A stretch of 64,000 nt of DNA from a virus. Its lineage: Duplodnaviria; Caudoviricetes. The first letter of the stretch is position 1. Each line of letters opens with the position of its first letter. Shown here one piece after another: positions 1 to 8,851 of the stretch. The stretch is from IMG/VR virus record IMGVR_UViG_3300032332_002377. One strand, given 5' to 3'. The position numbers and the translations under genes are program-made. The notes beneath the pieces are model-generated. The model was not told the DNA's origin. It saw only the letters and a list, made by a program, of their open reading frames with translations, and did no database searches.

Positions 1-2
1 AA

Positions 3-413
3 TCAGATGATGAGGTAACGGCTTATATACACATTTCTTCGTTCTATGAATCATTTGGCGCAGGTGCCGAACCAAAGTCAGGTGATCTATTTCAACTCAC
101 TCAATATGGTAGTGATAGACCTGGTGGCAGAAATGGTAAGATTTTTGAAATAACAGAAAGATTGGATGAAGATGTTGCAAGAATTAATCCGCTTGGTGGT
201 CATTATGTTTGGCTTCTCAAGGCTAAGCGGTTTGAATATTCATTTGAGCCTGGTGTTTCAGGTGAAGCAGTAAACCAGCAAGTGTTTGATGATTTAAAAA
301 ACCCAGCAGTTTCAGGTGCTGATAAGCCTTATAATCAAAATGTTACTGATTCTAGTAAGAAAATCTTTGATTATAGTAAGACAGATTATGGTGGTGTGTA
401 TGGTGGTTATTAA
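3..413 (+). CDS. neck protein gp14-like (5'-truncated by window edge)
   Basis: Frame is open from base 3 (SDDEVTAYIH...EPKSGDLFQL...KIFEITER...LGGHYVWLLKAKRFEYSFE), resembling the gp14 PxxGDL..FEI..LG..Y.Y.L....FEYS.E pattern. Confidence 0.6.
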   Translation, partial: SDDEVTAYIHISSFYESFGAGAEPKSGDLFQLTQYGSDRPGGRNGKIFEITERLDEDVARINPLGGHYVWLLKAKRFEYSFEPGVSGEAVNQQVFDDLKNPAVSGADKPYNQNVTDSSKKIFDYSKTDYGGVYGGY

Positions 414-679
414 AGAGAAATATCGTTGTCGTTATACACAGGTTCTTTAAACATTTCATTCCTACAAAAAGCTATAATTTTATCAAACTCAAAACATGCA
501 TTACAACTGAGCGAAATGCGTTGTGTGTTATGAATAAACGTATAAACAGTTTTATCTGAATTTTTGCGTATGCTGGCTACTGTATAATAGCCATCATTAA
601 ATAAAAACTTGTAAGGTAATCTGGAACTACCTAGTTTTGTTTTATTTACTTGGAAGCTAGTTCCTGATGGGTATTGCAT
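410..679 (-). CDS. hypothetical protein
   Basis: 89-aa ORF, last of a tightly packed minus-strand run. Confidence 0.5.
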   Translation of the reverse strand: MQYPSGTSFQVNKTKLGSSRLPYKFLFNDGYYTVASIRKNSDKTVYTFIHNTQRISLSCNACFEFDKIIAFCRNEMFKEPVYNDNDISL

Positions 680-960
680 AATTTTGCAGTAGGTTGAGCA
701 CTTAAATCTTCTTGTTTCTCGTACATCTCAATTTCATCTACCATAGATTCATGTCTCTCATCAATATATTTCTGAAAAGCTAAAGGCTTAATCCAATCAA
801 TATTGTTTGCTGTATCAATCTTCATTTGTTTTGCTTTATTGCATACCAATTCAATAGCCTCAATTAAGCACAACCAACGTGAATAGGTTTCAATTGGCAG
901 TGTTTCGGACTTATCTTTTAGTTTAACTTCTATAGTTCTTTTTGAGGTTGTTGATTGCAT
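646..960 (-). CDS. hypothetical protein
   Basis: 104-aa ORF overlapping its neighbours; helical. Confidence 0.55.
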   Translation of the reverse strand: MQSTTSKRTIEVKLKDKSETLPIETYSRWLCLIEAIELVCNKAKQMKIDTANNIDWIKPLAFQKYIDERHESMVDEIEMYEKQEDLSAQPTAKLCNTHQELASK

Positions 961-1372
961 ATCCTGTAATTATCATGAAAAGCTTATTTGAGTCAAATAC
1001 ATTTTTTGTAATTTTCAAAGTATTGATAGAATTTTCAAAAATTGTGAAGAGAATTTCAATATTTTTGAGAATAAGGTTTAAATTGTCAATAACTGCTTCT
1101 TGTTTTTCTATATCTAAATTACTCTCCCTAATAACTTGCTTAAAATAATCATTAAAAAGAAAAAAGAAACTTTTCAAGAAACTAAGACTGTCATTACCAG
1201 AGATTTTAAAATAATTGTGTCCTTGATCATAATATTTTTTGAGCTCTGTGGGTAGTGCTGACTCAATGCATTGGCTAAAATAATCTATATCTAGCTTCTT
1301 CTCTTTAATAGTGTCTAGAGAAGTTGCAGGTACTGATTTAGCTAGTTTGTCTATAGAATCAAAATTATCCAT
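923..1372 (-). CDS. hypothetical protein
   Basis: 149-aa ORF in a packed operon. Confidence 0.6.
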   Translation of the reverse strand: MDNFDSIDKLAKSVPATSLDTIKEKKLDIDYFSQCIESALPTELKKYYDQGHNYFKISGNDSLSFLKSFFFLFNDYFKQVIRESNLDIEKQEAVIDNLNLILKNIEILFTIFENSINTLKITKNVFDSNKLFMIITGYAINNLKKNYRS

Positions 1373-1778
1373 TGGAGAGAATATTAGGGTTTCCGGTGTC
1401 TGTATCTAATATAGGCTCAGTTGAGAGCGCTGTAGACGGTGTTACATATACGCTTATTAGCTTCATGCATTCTTTACATTTGTATTTGTTGGTAGTATTG
1501 AGTTTAATGGGCACAAAATCGCGAATTTTTCTACTGCAGGGACATTCAACTTCAAGACCTTGCATAGAAAATTCTTTAATGCGTTCATTCTCAAGCTTTT
1601 TGTTTTTCAATGCTATGAAAGCGTTAAAGATGGAGAGGTAGATATAATTAAAGACAAATTGAAATGTACCTCCAACTATAAAACCTACAATAAAGCTTAA
1701 GTTGTTCTTACTGAAGATGTATCCGGTAGTATAACATATAGACAGGAATACTACTACCTGAACAAATAATCTGTACAT
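1365..1778 (-). CDS. membrane protein with C-terminal zinc ribbon
   Basis: Two N-terminal hydrophobic segments, then CPC...CKEC. Confidence 0.6.
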   Translation of the reverse strand: MYRLFVQVVVFLSICYTTGYIFSKNNLSFIVGFIVGGTFQFVFNYIYLSIFNAFIALKNKKLENERIKEFSMQGLEVECPCSRKIRDFVPIKLNTTNKYKCKECMKLISVYVTPSTALSTEPILDTDTGNPNILSNG

Positions 1779-1787
1779 CTATTTATA

Positions 1788-2168
1788 TTATATGGAACTT
1801 TCGATATTATCAACACTTTTAGCGGCTTTATATACTAATTCTGCAGCACTAGTGATATCTTTTATAGACTGTTCAATATGAACAGAATTGCTTTCTTTTT
1901 TAACAAGAGGGTTGTTTTTTAAAGACCCCATGATATTGAGAGAATTCTGAAGATTAACAATAGCGTTGCCTAGGGTGGATACCAGATTAGATAACGGAAA
2001 CGGCAGAACATTGTTGTGTTGTTTGGCATTAGGGTTTTGATCTTGGTTTTTATTGTTAAAAAGATCATTTACCATCATTTTCTGTGCATTAAACTCTCTA
2101 TTTGCTATGCCTTTAACCCATTTATTATAATTCATTACACTACCATCTTCAGACACGATGTTTTTCAC
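1788..2168 (-). CDS. hypothetical late protein
   Basis: 126 aa; minus-strand TAAATA at 2174-2179, 5 nt before the GTG. Confidence 0.6.
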   Translation of the reverse strand: MKNIVSEDGSVMNYNKWVKGIANREFNAQKMMVNDLFNNKNQDQNPNAKQHNNVLPFPLSNLVSTLGNAIVNLQNSLNIMGSLKNNPLVKKESNSVHIEQSIKDITSAAELVYKAAKSVDNIESSI

Positions 2169-2173
2169 AAAAT

Positions 2174-2195
2174 TATTTAATCTATTTGATAAATA
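2174..2195. promoter_or_regulatory. back-to-back T4-type late promoters (TAAATA)
   Basis: TATTTA 2174-2179 (minus) and TAAATA 2190-2195 (plus), each 5 nt from a start codon. Confidence 0.65.
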
Positions 2196-2200
2196 ATTGT

Positions 2201-2605
2201 ATGGAACTATTCAAAAAAGCTTTTACTTCTATACTAGAACAAGATGAAGAGAAAGGTGTAGCACAAGCACCAGCCACTGATAGAGATGCAATGAAAGCTA
2301 AGCTGGATTCTGCAAAACCTGAAGATTTTGATGTTCAAGCACCAGTTATAACAGACACTGAAAAGATGAAGCAAGAACAACTTCAAACATTAAAAGAATG
2401 GATAGGGAAGATCGATCAATTTATTGAATTTTTAAATGGTACCACAGGTGAATCAGTACAATCCAAATTACATGCTGCAGCATGTGAGACAGTGTTTCAA
2501 GATATAGCCAGAAGTGAAAAGAAAAAGATTGCAAGATTAGCAGCTGAATTAAGCTCTCTATCTGAAAGCTTTAAAGGCTATCTCATCTCTTCCGGTACCG
2601 ATTAA
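2201..2605 (+). CDS. hypothetical late protein, putative head-packaged
   Basis: Start moved to ATG 2201 (TAAATA-N5); N-terminus MELFKKAFTSILEQ. Confidence 0.6.
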   Translation: MELFKKAFTSILEQDEEKGVAQAPATDRDAMKAKLDSAKPEDFDVQAPVITDTEKMKQEQLQTLKEWIGKIDQFIEFLNGTTGESVQSKLHAAACETVFQDIARSEKKKIARLAAELSSLSESFKGYLISSGTD

Positions 2606-3641
2606 TTTCAATCATTAGCATTTCTGCTTTTAAGCCTGCATAAGAATTGTTTATAAAATAATTATAATCTATCTCATTCTTATTATGTGTTGTGCAAATT
2701 TCATTTATATCTTTAAATGTAGTTCCTAGTTTTTCAGGCCATATAAAAACACGCTCTCCTTGTTTGATGAGCTTATCAGTTTTACTTCTACTAGCCATGT
2801 CCAACCACTGACTGTCTAATACCCATATTTTCTCTTGAAGCCTGACTCCGAGTAGTTGTGTTTGCTGAAGATTGGTAAACATGTTATTGCTATTCTCTTG
2901 TATACCTGCAACTGCAACCCCATTTTTAACAAAAAATGCATCAATGGGTCCTTCAAAGATAAAAATAAAATCTATGGCTGATGATATCTTATTCATACCA
3001 TATAGAGACTTTTCGCTATTTACTTTTGACAGGTATTTAGGATAGAGTCTTGAATCTTTATCGAGTATTGTTCTTGATTGATAAAATATAATTTCATTTT
3101 GATCATTATAGAAGGGAATAATAAGCCTATTTTTATGAACCCTGTCTGTAAGGGATATCCAAAGACTGTCAGGTCTATTGACTGCAGTATCTAGACGTCG
3201 CTTTTTTATCAGAGATAGAGCATTTTGAACCATTGAGTTGTTTTGATAATATTCAACTTGATTGCTATCAAATAAATTAATAGAGTCTTTAGGCAACTTA
3301 GAAGCAATAACGGGTTTATATACTGGCTTGTCATCATCTTTAAGAAGATCTAATGGTAATATATCATAGTTTTTTGATTCTTTTATTATTTCATCGTAAG
3401 ACATGTTACCAGCAGTTTCAATCCATTTAAAAGGCGCGCTATACCAGCCACAATTGTGACAACAAATAACATTTTCATCTAAAATAAAATAACAGCGTTT
3501 TTTTCTACCCCAGGATTTACCTTCTCTACATATAGGGCAACAGCCCTGATGTGTGCGTGTAAGTCTGTTGTACTTTGGTAAACCAGCGTACTGATAGAAC
3601 TTCTGTATGGAGTAGTCTAATGGTATAACCATTAGTATCAT
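2583..3641 (-). CDS. DNA primase (T4 gp61-like)
   Basis: CPIC...CHNCG zinc finger; RLIIPF, YQSR, EGPIDA TOPRIM motif; KDINE. Confidence 0.92.
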   Translation of the reverse strand: MILMVIPLDYSIQKFYQYAGLPKYNRLTRTHQGCCPICREGKSWGRKKRCYFILDENVICCHNCGWYSAPFKWIETAGNMSYDEIIKESKNYDILPLDLLKDDDKPVYKPVIASKLPKDSINLFDSNQVEYYQNNSMVQNALSLIKKRRLDTAVNRPDSLWISLTDRVHKNRLIIPFYNDQNEIIFYQSRTILDKDSRLYPKYLSKVNSEKSLYGMNKISSAIDFIFIFEGPIDAFFVKNGVAVAGIQENSNNMFTNLQQTQLLGVRLQEKIWVLDSQWLDMASRSKTDKLIKQGERVFIWPEKLGTTFKDINEICTTHNKNEIDYNYFINNSYAGLKAEMLMIEINRYRKR

Positions 3642-3668
3642 TATAATGTATTTTCTAAAGAAATAAAC

Positions 3669-3866
3669 TTACTTGTTATCTTTATTGGGTGCTGGTGGGA
3701 TGTCTTTGACTGAAACAACACCTTTGCGGATAAATGTACCGCTAGCTGGGTCAACATAGTGCGCTTCAACAATTTCTTTATCACCACGGATATATGTATG
3801 CAGGCGTGGTTTTACCGGTTGTCCGCTTATTGGTGATGTAATGATTCTTGGTGTAATAAAGTCCAT
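3669..3866 (-). CDS. small hypothetical late protein
   Basis: Start ATG 3866 lies 5 nt from minus-strand TAAATA (3872-3877). Confidence 0.55.
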   Translation of the reverse strand: MDFITPRIITSPISGQPVKPRLHTYIRGDKEIVEAHYVDPASGTFIRKGVVSVKDIPPAPNKDNK

Positions 3867-3870
3867 ATAG

Positions 3871-4143
3871 TTATTTATCAAGTGTTAAATTTTTTCTATA
3901 CTGTTTAATGCATGTTGTGTAGATGTTTTTAGGTAGTCTTTCTACTATATCGATTATCTTATTTTTTAAGCCAAAATCAAACTTATCAGTTGGAACAGCT
4001 TTGACAGACATCTCTGGAAGAGCAAGAAAATTGTATTCATTTTGCTTAGTCTTCTCCATAAAAACAAAAAGTTGACCAGCGTAGATACCAGTTGTAACAG
4101 CATATACAAAGCCTTTTTGAGGGTGTTTTTTGTTAAAGAACAT
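3871..4143 (-). CDS. hypothetical protein
   Basis: 90-aa ORF coupled to the upstream epimerase gene. Confidence 0.55.
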   Translation of the reverse strand: MFFNKKHPQKGFVYAVTTGIYAGQLFVFMEKTKQNEYNFLALPEMSVKAVPTDKFDFGLKNKIIDIVERLPKNIYTTCIKQYRKNLTLDK

Positions 4144-5002
4144 TTTTATAATTTTCTACAAATCTTGCAACAGCATCTTTTAATGATTTAGAGAGACTGG
4201 GTAGCTGTAGTCCTAGTTTTTTTATTTTTTTATCTGAAAGAACACAGTTTGACCGCTGTGCAACAATATCAAGCTCTGAAATATTTACTACTTTCCAATC
4301 ATGATTTACTAGCTCATGAAATGATAAGTAGTCTGCAATTAATTTTCCTGTTATTACTCCTGGGTTTACTACATTCAAAGGACCAGATATATCTAAAAAG
4401 TTTTTATGCTTCAATAGCTTTTCTATGAAAATATTAAAATCATCTGTATTAGTGCCGCTATTTTTTAATTCTATGATATTATTATATTTTAAAATTTTAT
4501 AAATTAAGTTTTTTGGTACAACCTTTGCATTAAATGGCATTCTTACTCTTAAAGTAATCGCGTTAGATTTTCTTAATATTACTTCACACATATGTTTTGT
4601 TAATGAGTAATAACTGCTATTAGTATTATGTAGTCCAAAATTAGGTTCATCTTTTTCAGTAAATTCTTTTTCATATCCAGTGTATATGCATCCTGAAGAA
4701 ACATTAATAAATTTTATCTTTAATTGATTACATATATTGTTTATCTGTGCTGGGACTGATACATTATAAAAGAGGCATTTTTCGCGTTCAATTTCACATT
4801 GATCGACATTAGGTGATCCAGTAAAGCCTGAGCAATTTATAATTGTATTGTAAATATTGCTTGTCAAATACTCAGAAAGCTTTTTTCTATCTGTATAATC
4901 AATGTCTTTTTTATCTATCAATGTAACATTGGTTTTAACTGACTGCAGATGACTAAAAAGGCTGGTACCGATAAAGCCTTTACCAAGAATAAGAACTTTC
5001 AC
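4133..5002 (-). CDS. NDP-4-keto-6-deoxyglucose epimerase/reductase (RmlD/NRS-ER-like SDR)
   Basis: GKGFIG Rossmann motif; TGSPNVDQCE, SSGCIY, FTEKDEPNFG, YSLTK (YxxxK), LRVRMP. Confidence 0.8.
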   Translation of the reverse strand: MKVLILGKGFIGTSLFSHLQSVKTNVTLIDKKDIDYTDRKKLSEYLTSNIYNTIINCSGFTGSPNVDQCEIEREKCLFYNVSVPAQINNICNQLKIKFINVSSGCIYTGYEKEFTEKDEPNFGLHNTNSSYYSLTKHMCEVILRKSNAITLRVRMPFNAKVVPKNLIYKILKYNNIIELKNSGTNTDDFNIFIEKLLKHKNFLDISGPLNVVNPGVITGKLIADYLSFHELVNHDWKVVNISELDIVAQRSNCVLSDKKIKKLGLQLPSLSKSLKDAVARFVENYKNVL

Positions 5003-5034
5003 TAATTAAAAATATAAATTAATTATTCAGAAGA

Positions 5035-5367
5035 TCAACTATTATCTCTATTAGAGTTTTGGTTGACAAAAAGTTTATTTACTAGAGTAGCTAAAGAATC
5101 TGCTTCTTGTTGACTATGGGCAGAAATAAAGTTAACTGGTTCACCATCAAAATTATAGCCCAAAACTATAAAACATGTTAAAAATTCTTGAATAGTATTT
5201 ACAAGCGCATCAATATCACGCTTCTTACTAATTTTATCGTTAAGTTTATTAACAAGAAATTCTTGAACAGCTTTATTGGTTAAAGAAGCTTCAGTTTTAA
5301 ATTTTGATGGGTCAAAATTTGTAATACCCTGATCTTTGCCATTATGCTTGTTCGAGTTTCTTTTCAT
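5035..5367 (-). CDS. hypothetical protein
   Basis: 110-aa ORF; TAAATA upstream (5377-5382, minus). Confidence 0.55.
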   Translation of the reverse strand: MKRNSNKHNGKDQGITNFDPSKFKTEASLTNKAVQEFLVNKLNDKISKKRDIDALVNTIQEFLTCFIVLGYNFDGEPVNFISAHSQQEADSLATLVNKLFVNQNSNRDNS

Positions 5368-5728
5368 CTACATTATTATTTAGTCTCTTGACAAAATATC
5401 TCGACTTTCCAGGGTAATCAGTGTTTGTAATACCGTTCTTAATTAAGAAGTCAATAACTACTTCAATGCTTTCTGTCTTTAAGTAGAAGTTCTTAGGTAT
5501 TTTTGCACCACCATCATCTAATTCAAATAATACTTCACCCATTTCATTTTTATTAATGTAGCATGTACAGAAAACTGAATTACCTGTTGGATTAATAATT
5601 GCCATCCATCTCCTAGGGTCATGCTTTCCAAACACAGAAAAAACTCTGAGAACAACAAACCCATTATCTCTGAGTCTTTTGATAAAATAACTAGGTGTAC
5701 GTAATTTATTTTTTGAGGATTTATTCAT
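5342..5728 (-). CDS. hypothetical protein
   Basis: 128-aa ORF directly downstream of the clamp gene. Confidence 0.6.
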   Translation of the reverse strand: MNKSSKNKLRTPSYFIKRLRDNGFVVLRVFSVFGKHDPRRWMAIINPTGNSVFCTCYINKNEMGEVLFELDDGGAKIPKNFYLKTESIEVVIDFLIKNGITNTDYPGKSRYFVKRLNNNVDEKKLEQA

Positions 5729-5729
5729 A

Positions 5730-6461
5730 TTAATTTGCTAATGCTGAGACAATAAACTTCATTGTAATATTGCCTACGGTTGCATCAAAAACATAGACTC
5801 CAGTTTTACTAGAAAAGGAGCAATCGAGCTCTTTGAACTTCATAGAAGAAATTATTCTAAAGACTTCAAAATTCAACGGTATAGCTGAACTTAACTGTAT
5901 TCCTTCATAATCTTCAGAAATAATAAGCCCGTAAGAATCTACATTTGGTCTGGCTTTATCAGTGAGCTCACCTAGAACTGTATTATCTTTATATGATAAA
6001 TAGATTTTATTGGAATCGGTTGCTATGCTACTGCCTTTAATAAGATTCTGTAGATTGTTGTGTGTGAAGGTAAACTTACCATCAAAAACAAGTGATGTGA
6101 GTTTCTCTACATTTAATTTAGGGGAAATAATTATACCGTCTTCGAATAAATGATATTTAAATCTAATGCTATTTGAAGAATAAGAAATATTATTTTTATT
6201 AACATTTAAATCAATAGAAGATGAGTCAATAACTGTAAGAATTCTAATGAGCTTGTTTAAGTCTGGTATGTTGAGACATTGGTCTTCAGCTTTAGTGTGA
6301 TTTTTAAATGTCGCATTTAAAATTATGGTATTATCGTTAGTAGCAATAAGTGAACTAAACGTATCACCCTCTGCTTTAATAACAGCACTATTCGTTACCT
6401 TGCTTATAGGGGTAAGAAAACTATTAACAAAAGCATTCTTATCTTGAATGGAGAGGTTCAT
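5730..6461 (-). CDS. sliding clamp (gp45-like)
   Basis: 243 aa, beta-rich; IPDLNKLIRIL resembles gp45 IYDLNxFL; replication context. Confidence 0.7.
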   Translation of the reverse strand: MNLSIQDKNAFVNSFLTPISKVTNSAVIKAEGDTFSSLIATNDNTIILNATFKNHTKAEDQCLNIPDLNKLIRILTVIDSSSIDLNVNKNNISYSSNSIRFKYHLFEDGIIISPKLNVEKLTSLVFDGKFTFTHNNLQNLIKGSSIATDSNKIYLSYKDNTVLGELTDKARPNVDSYGLIISEDYEGIQLSSAIPLNFEVFRIISSMKFKELDCSFSSKTGVYVFDATVGNITMKFIVSALAN

Positions 6462-6489
6462 TCTATATCTCTATTGTAGAGATAGATTC

Positions 6490-6837
6490 TTATTTATCAA
6501 GCAATTTTATAATTGTATTAAGCTGAGAAGATATTTTATCTAGAGCTTCTTGTACTACATTGGTAGTAATGGGTGGTGCAGCAGAGAATTGTGGAGCAGC
6601 TACAGGTGCATTAATTTGAGGTTGCTGTGGTCTGGGAGCTGGTTGTTGCTGCGCAGGAGCTTGTTGTACCGGTATAGAGTTTAAAATATTTTGTACATTG
6701 AGAATATTACCTTTGAGAGTATTAGTCTTACCTATAATATTTTTATCTAGTTCTTTTATTTCTCCTAGATTCTGTCCCATAAACTGAAGAGCCAGCATTT
6801 TAGCTTCTTCAGGTGTAGGTTCTCTAAATGTATTCAT
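6490..6837 (-). CDS. hypothetical protein with Gln/Pro-rich linker
   Basis: 115-aa ORF. Confidence 0.55.
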   Translation of the reverse strand: MNTFREPTPEEAKMLALQFMGQNLGEIKELDKNIIGKTNTLKGNILNVQNILNSIPVQQAPAQQQPAPRPQQPQINAPVAAPQFSAAPPITTNVVQEALDKISSQLNTIIKLLDK

Positions 6838-6840
6838 TAA

Positions 6841-7686
6841 TTATAGATCTTCTAGAAGTTTTTCCAAGCTCTCGTCAGTTGCTGTCTTAACAGGCTTGGC
6901 TGTAGTTTCAACTTTAGCCACTACAGGCAGTTCAGTCTTTGGTTTGACTTCAACAACTGCATCTTCTTCTACATCTGACTTGCAATGATAATGTTTGTCC
7001 AGCATATCCTTTAGCTCATCATAGGACTTAACAGTAATATACGATTCGAGATCAAAAGCACTCTTTAGAATCTTATCGTAATTATCTTCATCAAGACCTT
7101 CAACTTCTTTGGGAGTTGTAAACTTTGAAGATACATATGTCGGATAATCTCCTTGCTTTTCTACCTTAATCTTTAAATTAACTCCTTTGGGAGAAAGATC
7201 GAAAATACGAGGGCCAAGCTCTTCTGCATCTTCGCCTTGAATACCATCCATAATAATCTTGTTTAACTGGCGACCAAAGCGAAGAATCTTCACCTTGTTA
7301 TTGTTGTCACTATTAACTGGGTCATTAATAACATAACAGTTAACAAGCCAACGCTCTGTTCTCACAATACTCTTAGCTTTTTCTTTATCCTGCTCAGTCC
7401 CATTTCTAAGAACACGGTAACGCTCTTCAGCAATAGGATCACGCTCATTCCATGTAGTTGGGCTTGTGAGTGTAATTAATTGGCCAGTAGAAAAGCTGTT
7501 CCAGCCATGAGAATAATAATGCAAAAATGTCTTAGCGGGGTCCTTAATATTAGGCAGAAGTCGTACTGTATATGTATTGCCAGGTTCAGTACGCAAAAAA
7601 TCTTTTTGCTTATTTGCTCCGCTAGAAGTCTCTTTAGTTAATGCGCTCTTGATACTTTCAAACATTGAAGAAGTTAGTGAATTCAT
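6841..7686 (-). CDS. single-stranded DNA-binding protein (gp32-like)
   Basis: VRLLP, NCYVINDP, VKILRFG, IFDL..G.NLKIK, YVSSKF, KSYDEL; acidic C-terminal tail. Confidence 0.9.
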   Translation of the reverse strand: MNSLTSSMFESIKSALTKETSSGANKQKDFLRTEPGNTYTVRLLPNIKDPAKTFLHYYSHGWNSFSTGQLITLTSPTTWNERDPIAEERYRVLRNGTEQDKEKAKSIVRTERWLVNCYVINDPVNSDNNNKVKILRFGRQLNKIIMDGIQGEDAEELGPRIFDLSPKGVNLKIKVEKQGDYPTYVSSKFTTPKEVEGLDEDNYDKILKSAFDLESYITVKSYDELKDMLDKHYHCKSDVEEDAVVEVKPKTELPVVAKVETTAKPVKTATDESLEKLLEDL

Positions 7687-7692
7687 ATAAAA

Positions 7693-8370
7693 CTATGATA
7701 TATGAGATTTAGAGATGTTCAACTCTTTTTTTAAATTATTTTTAAGTTTATCTAAACCATTAATAACAAGATGCTTACATTTAGAAGAATTTAGAAATTT
7801 TATTTTTTTAAGATTTAATTTTTCTAAAAAATCAGATTCAAACATAAAGCGCAAAACTTCTGTATCAGATTTTGATAAAACATTATTTAAATTGTCAAAA
7901 CTTAAGATTGAGTATAGGTTAATGTCTCTATTTTTTAAGTGTAAAAGGAAGGAAAACATATTGTTTGTCTTGTGTGACAAATATTCTGTTAAATGTAAGT
8001 TGTTGTCTTTGCAAAAGTTGTAAATATATATGAGTGATTTTTTAGTAAAAGCTAATTGTTCTTCAGAATCGGGATCTAGATTACTTAAATTTTTGCAATG
8101 TATGGTATATGCTTTTACTGCTTTGAGTGAATTAAAATAGCATAGATCAAAAAATTGCTCATCATTATATAGTTTATAGGAAGCAGTAAAAAACGCTAGC
8201 GGGTCAATATCCTTATGCTTGTTAAAAAAGAAGCTTAATTTCTTGAGACAAGCACCTGCCTTTTCATCCAAGTCATTAAAGTTTTTTCTTACTGTATATG
8301 GCTTGTTTTGCGTTGTTCTTGAGGCTTTGAGATGTAGGTTGTAAAGGTATTTTTCGTAATCAGAAATCAT
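7693..8370 (-). CDS. probable helicase loader (gp59-like)
   Basis: 225 aa, basic and helical, immediately upstream of gp32 as in T4; motif support weak. Confidence 0.45.
   Translation of the reverse strand: MISDYEKYLYNLHLKASRTTQNKPYTVRKNFNDLDEKAGACLKKLSFFFNKHKDIDPLAFFTASYKLYNDEQFFDLCYFNSLKAVKAYTIHCKNLSNLDPDSEEQLAFTKKSLIYIYNFCKDNNLHLTEYLSHKTNNMFSFLLHLKNRDINLYSILSFDNLNNVLSKSDTEVLRFMFESDFLEKLNLKKIKFLNSSKCKHLVINGLDKLKNNLKKELNISKSHIS
7695..7722 (-). promoter_or_regulatory. sigma70-like promoter of gp32
   Basis: TTGAAC-N16-TATCAT, 8 nt from ATG. Confidence 0.6.
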
Positions 8371-8573
8371 TTATAATTACGCCATTTTAATCTAGCAAAC
8401 TCTTTTTTCAACTTTTTACGTTTGCTTGGCTTATTAAAATATCTTCTGTATCTAAGCTCTTCTATAATTAAAGATTTTTGTACTTCTCTGCTAAATTTAT
8501 TATACATCTTGTCGAAATACGGCTTTTCAACACTCTTGCTTTTGTTTAATATTACTTCAGATTTAATAATCAT
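8367..8573 (-). CDS. rpsU: 30S ribosomal protein bS21 homolog
   Basis: 68 aa, basic; FDKMYNKFSREVQKSLIIEELRYRRYFNKPSKRKK matches the bS21 pattern F.R.V.K.....E.R.R....KPS..R. Confidence 0.8.
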   Translation of the reverse strand: MIIKSEVILNKSKSVEKPYFDKMYNKFSREVQKSLIIEELRYRRYFNKPSKRKKLKKEFARLKWRNYK

Positions 8574-8851
8574 AGTCTGTTAAAGTTCTTAGAATTTAAA
8601 AATTTCATTATATATTTACTCTTATAAAGCGTAGAATCAAAAAATAAAAAATATTTTAACGCGTCGTAGTTATTTTTAAAATCACAATAGTCTACTAATA
8701 AATCTCTAAACCGCTGTTCTTTTAATACTATTAAAAATACATTAGCTAAATTTATTTTTTTAGGCTCAAGCAGAGCGCAAAATGTACAAAATGATAAAAA
8801 TAAATGGTTTATTTCTATTTCTGATATTTTTTCAGCAGGATTTATGCTCAT
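8570..8851 (-). CDS. hypothetical protein
   Basis: 93-aa ORF with 4-nt overlaps on both sides. Confidence 0.55.
   Translation of the reverse strand: MSINPAEKISEIEINHLFLSFCTFCALLEPKKINLANVFLIVLKEQRFRDLLVDYCDFKNNYDALKYFLFFDSTLYKSKYIMKFLNSKNFNRL

Noticed and set aside
646-960. gp33 late co-activator assignment
   Set aside because: Only a vague LIEAI..VC..ID resemblance, with no syntenic support
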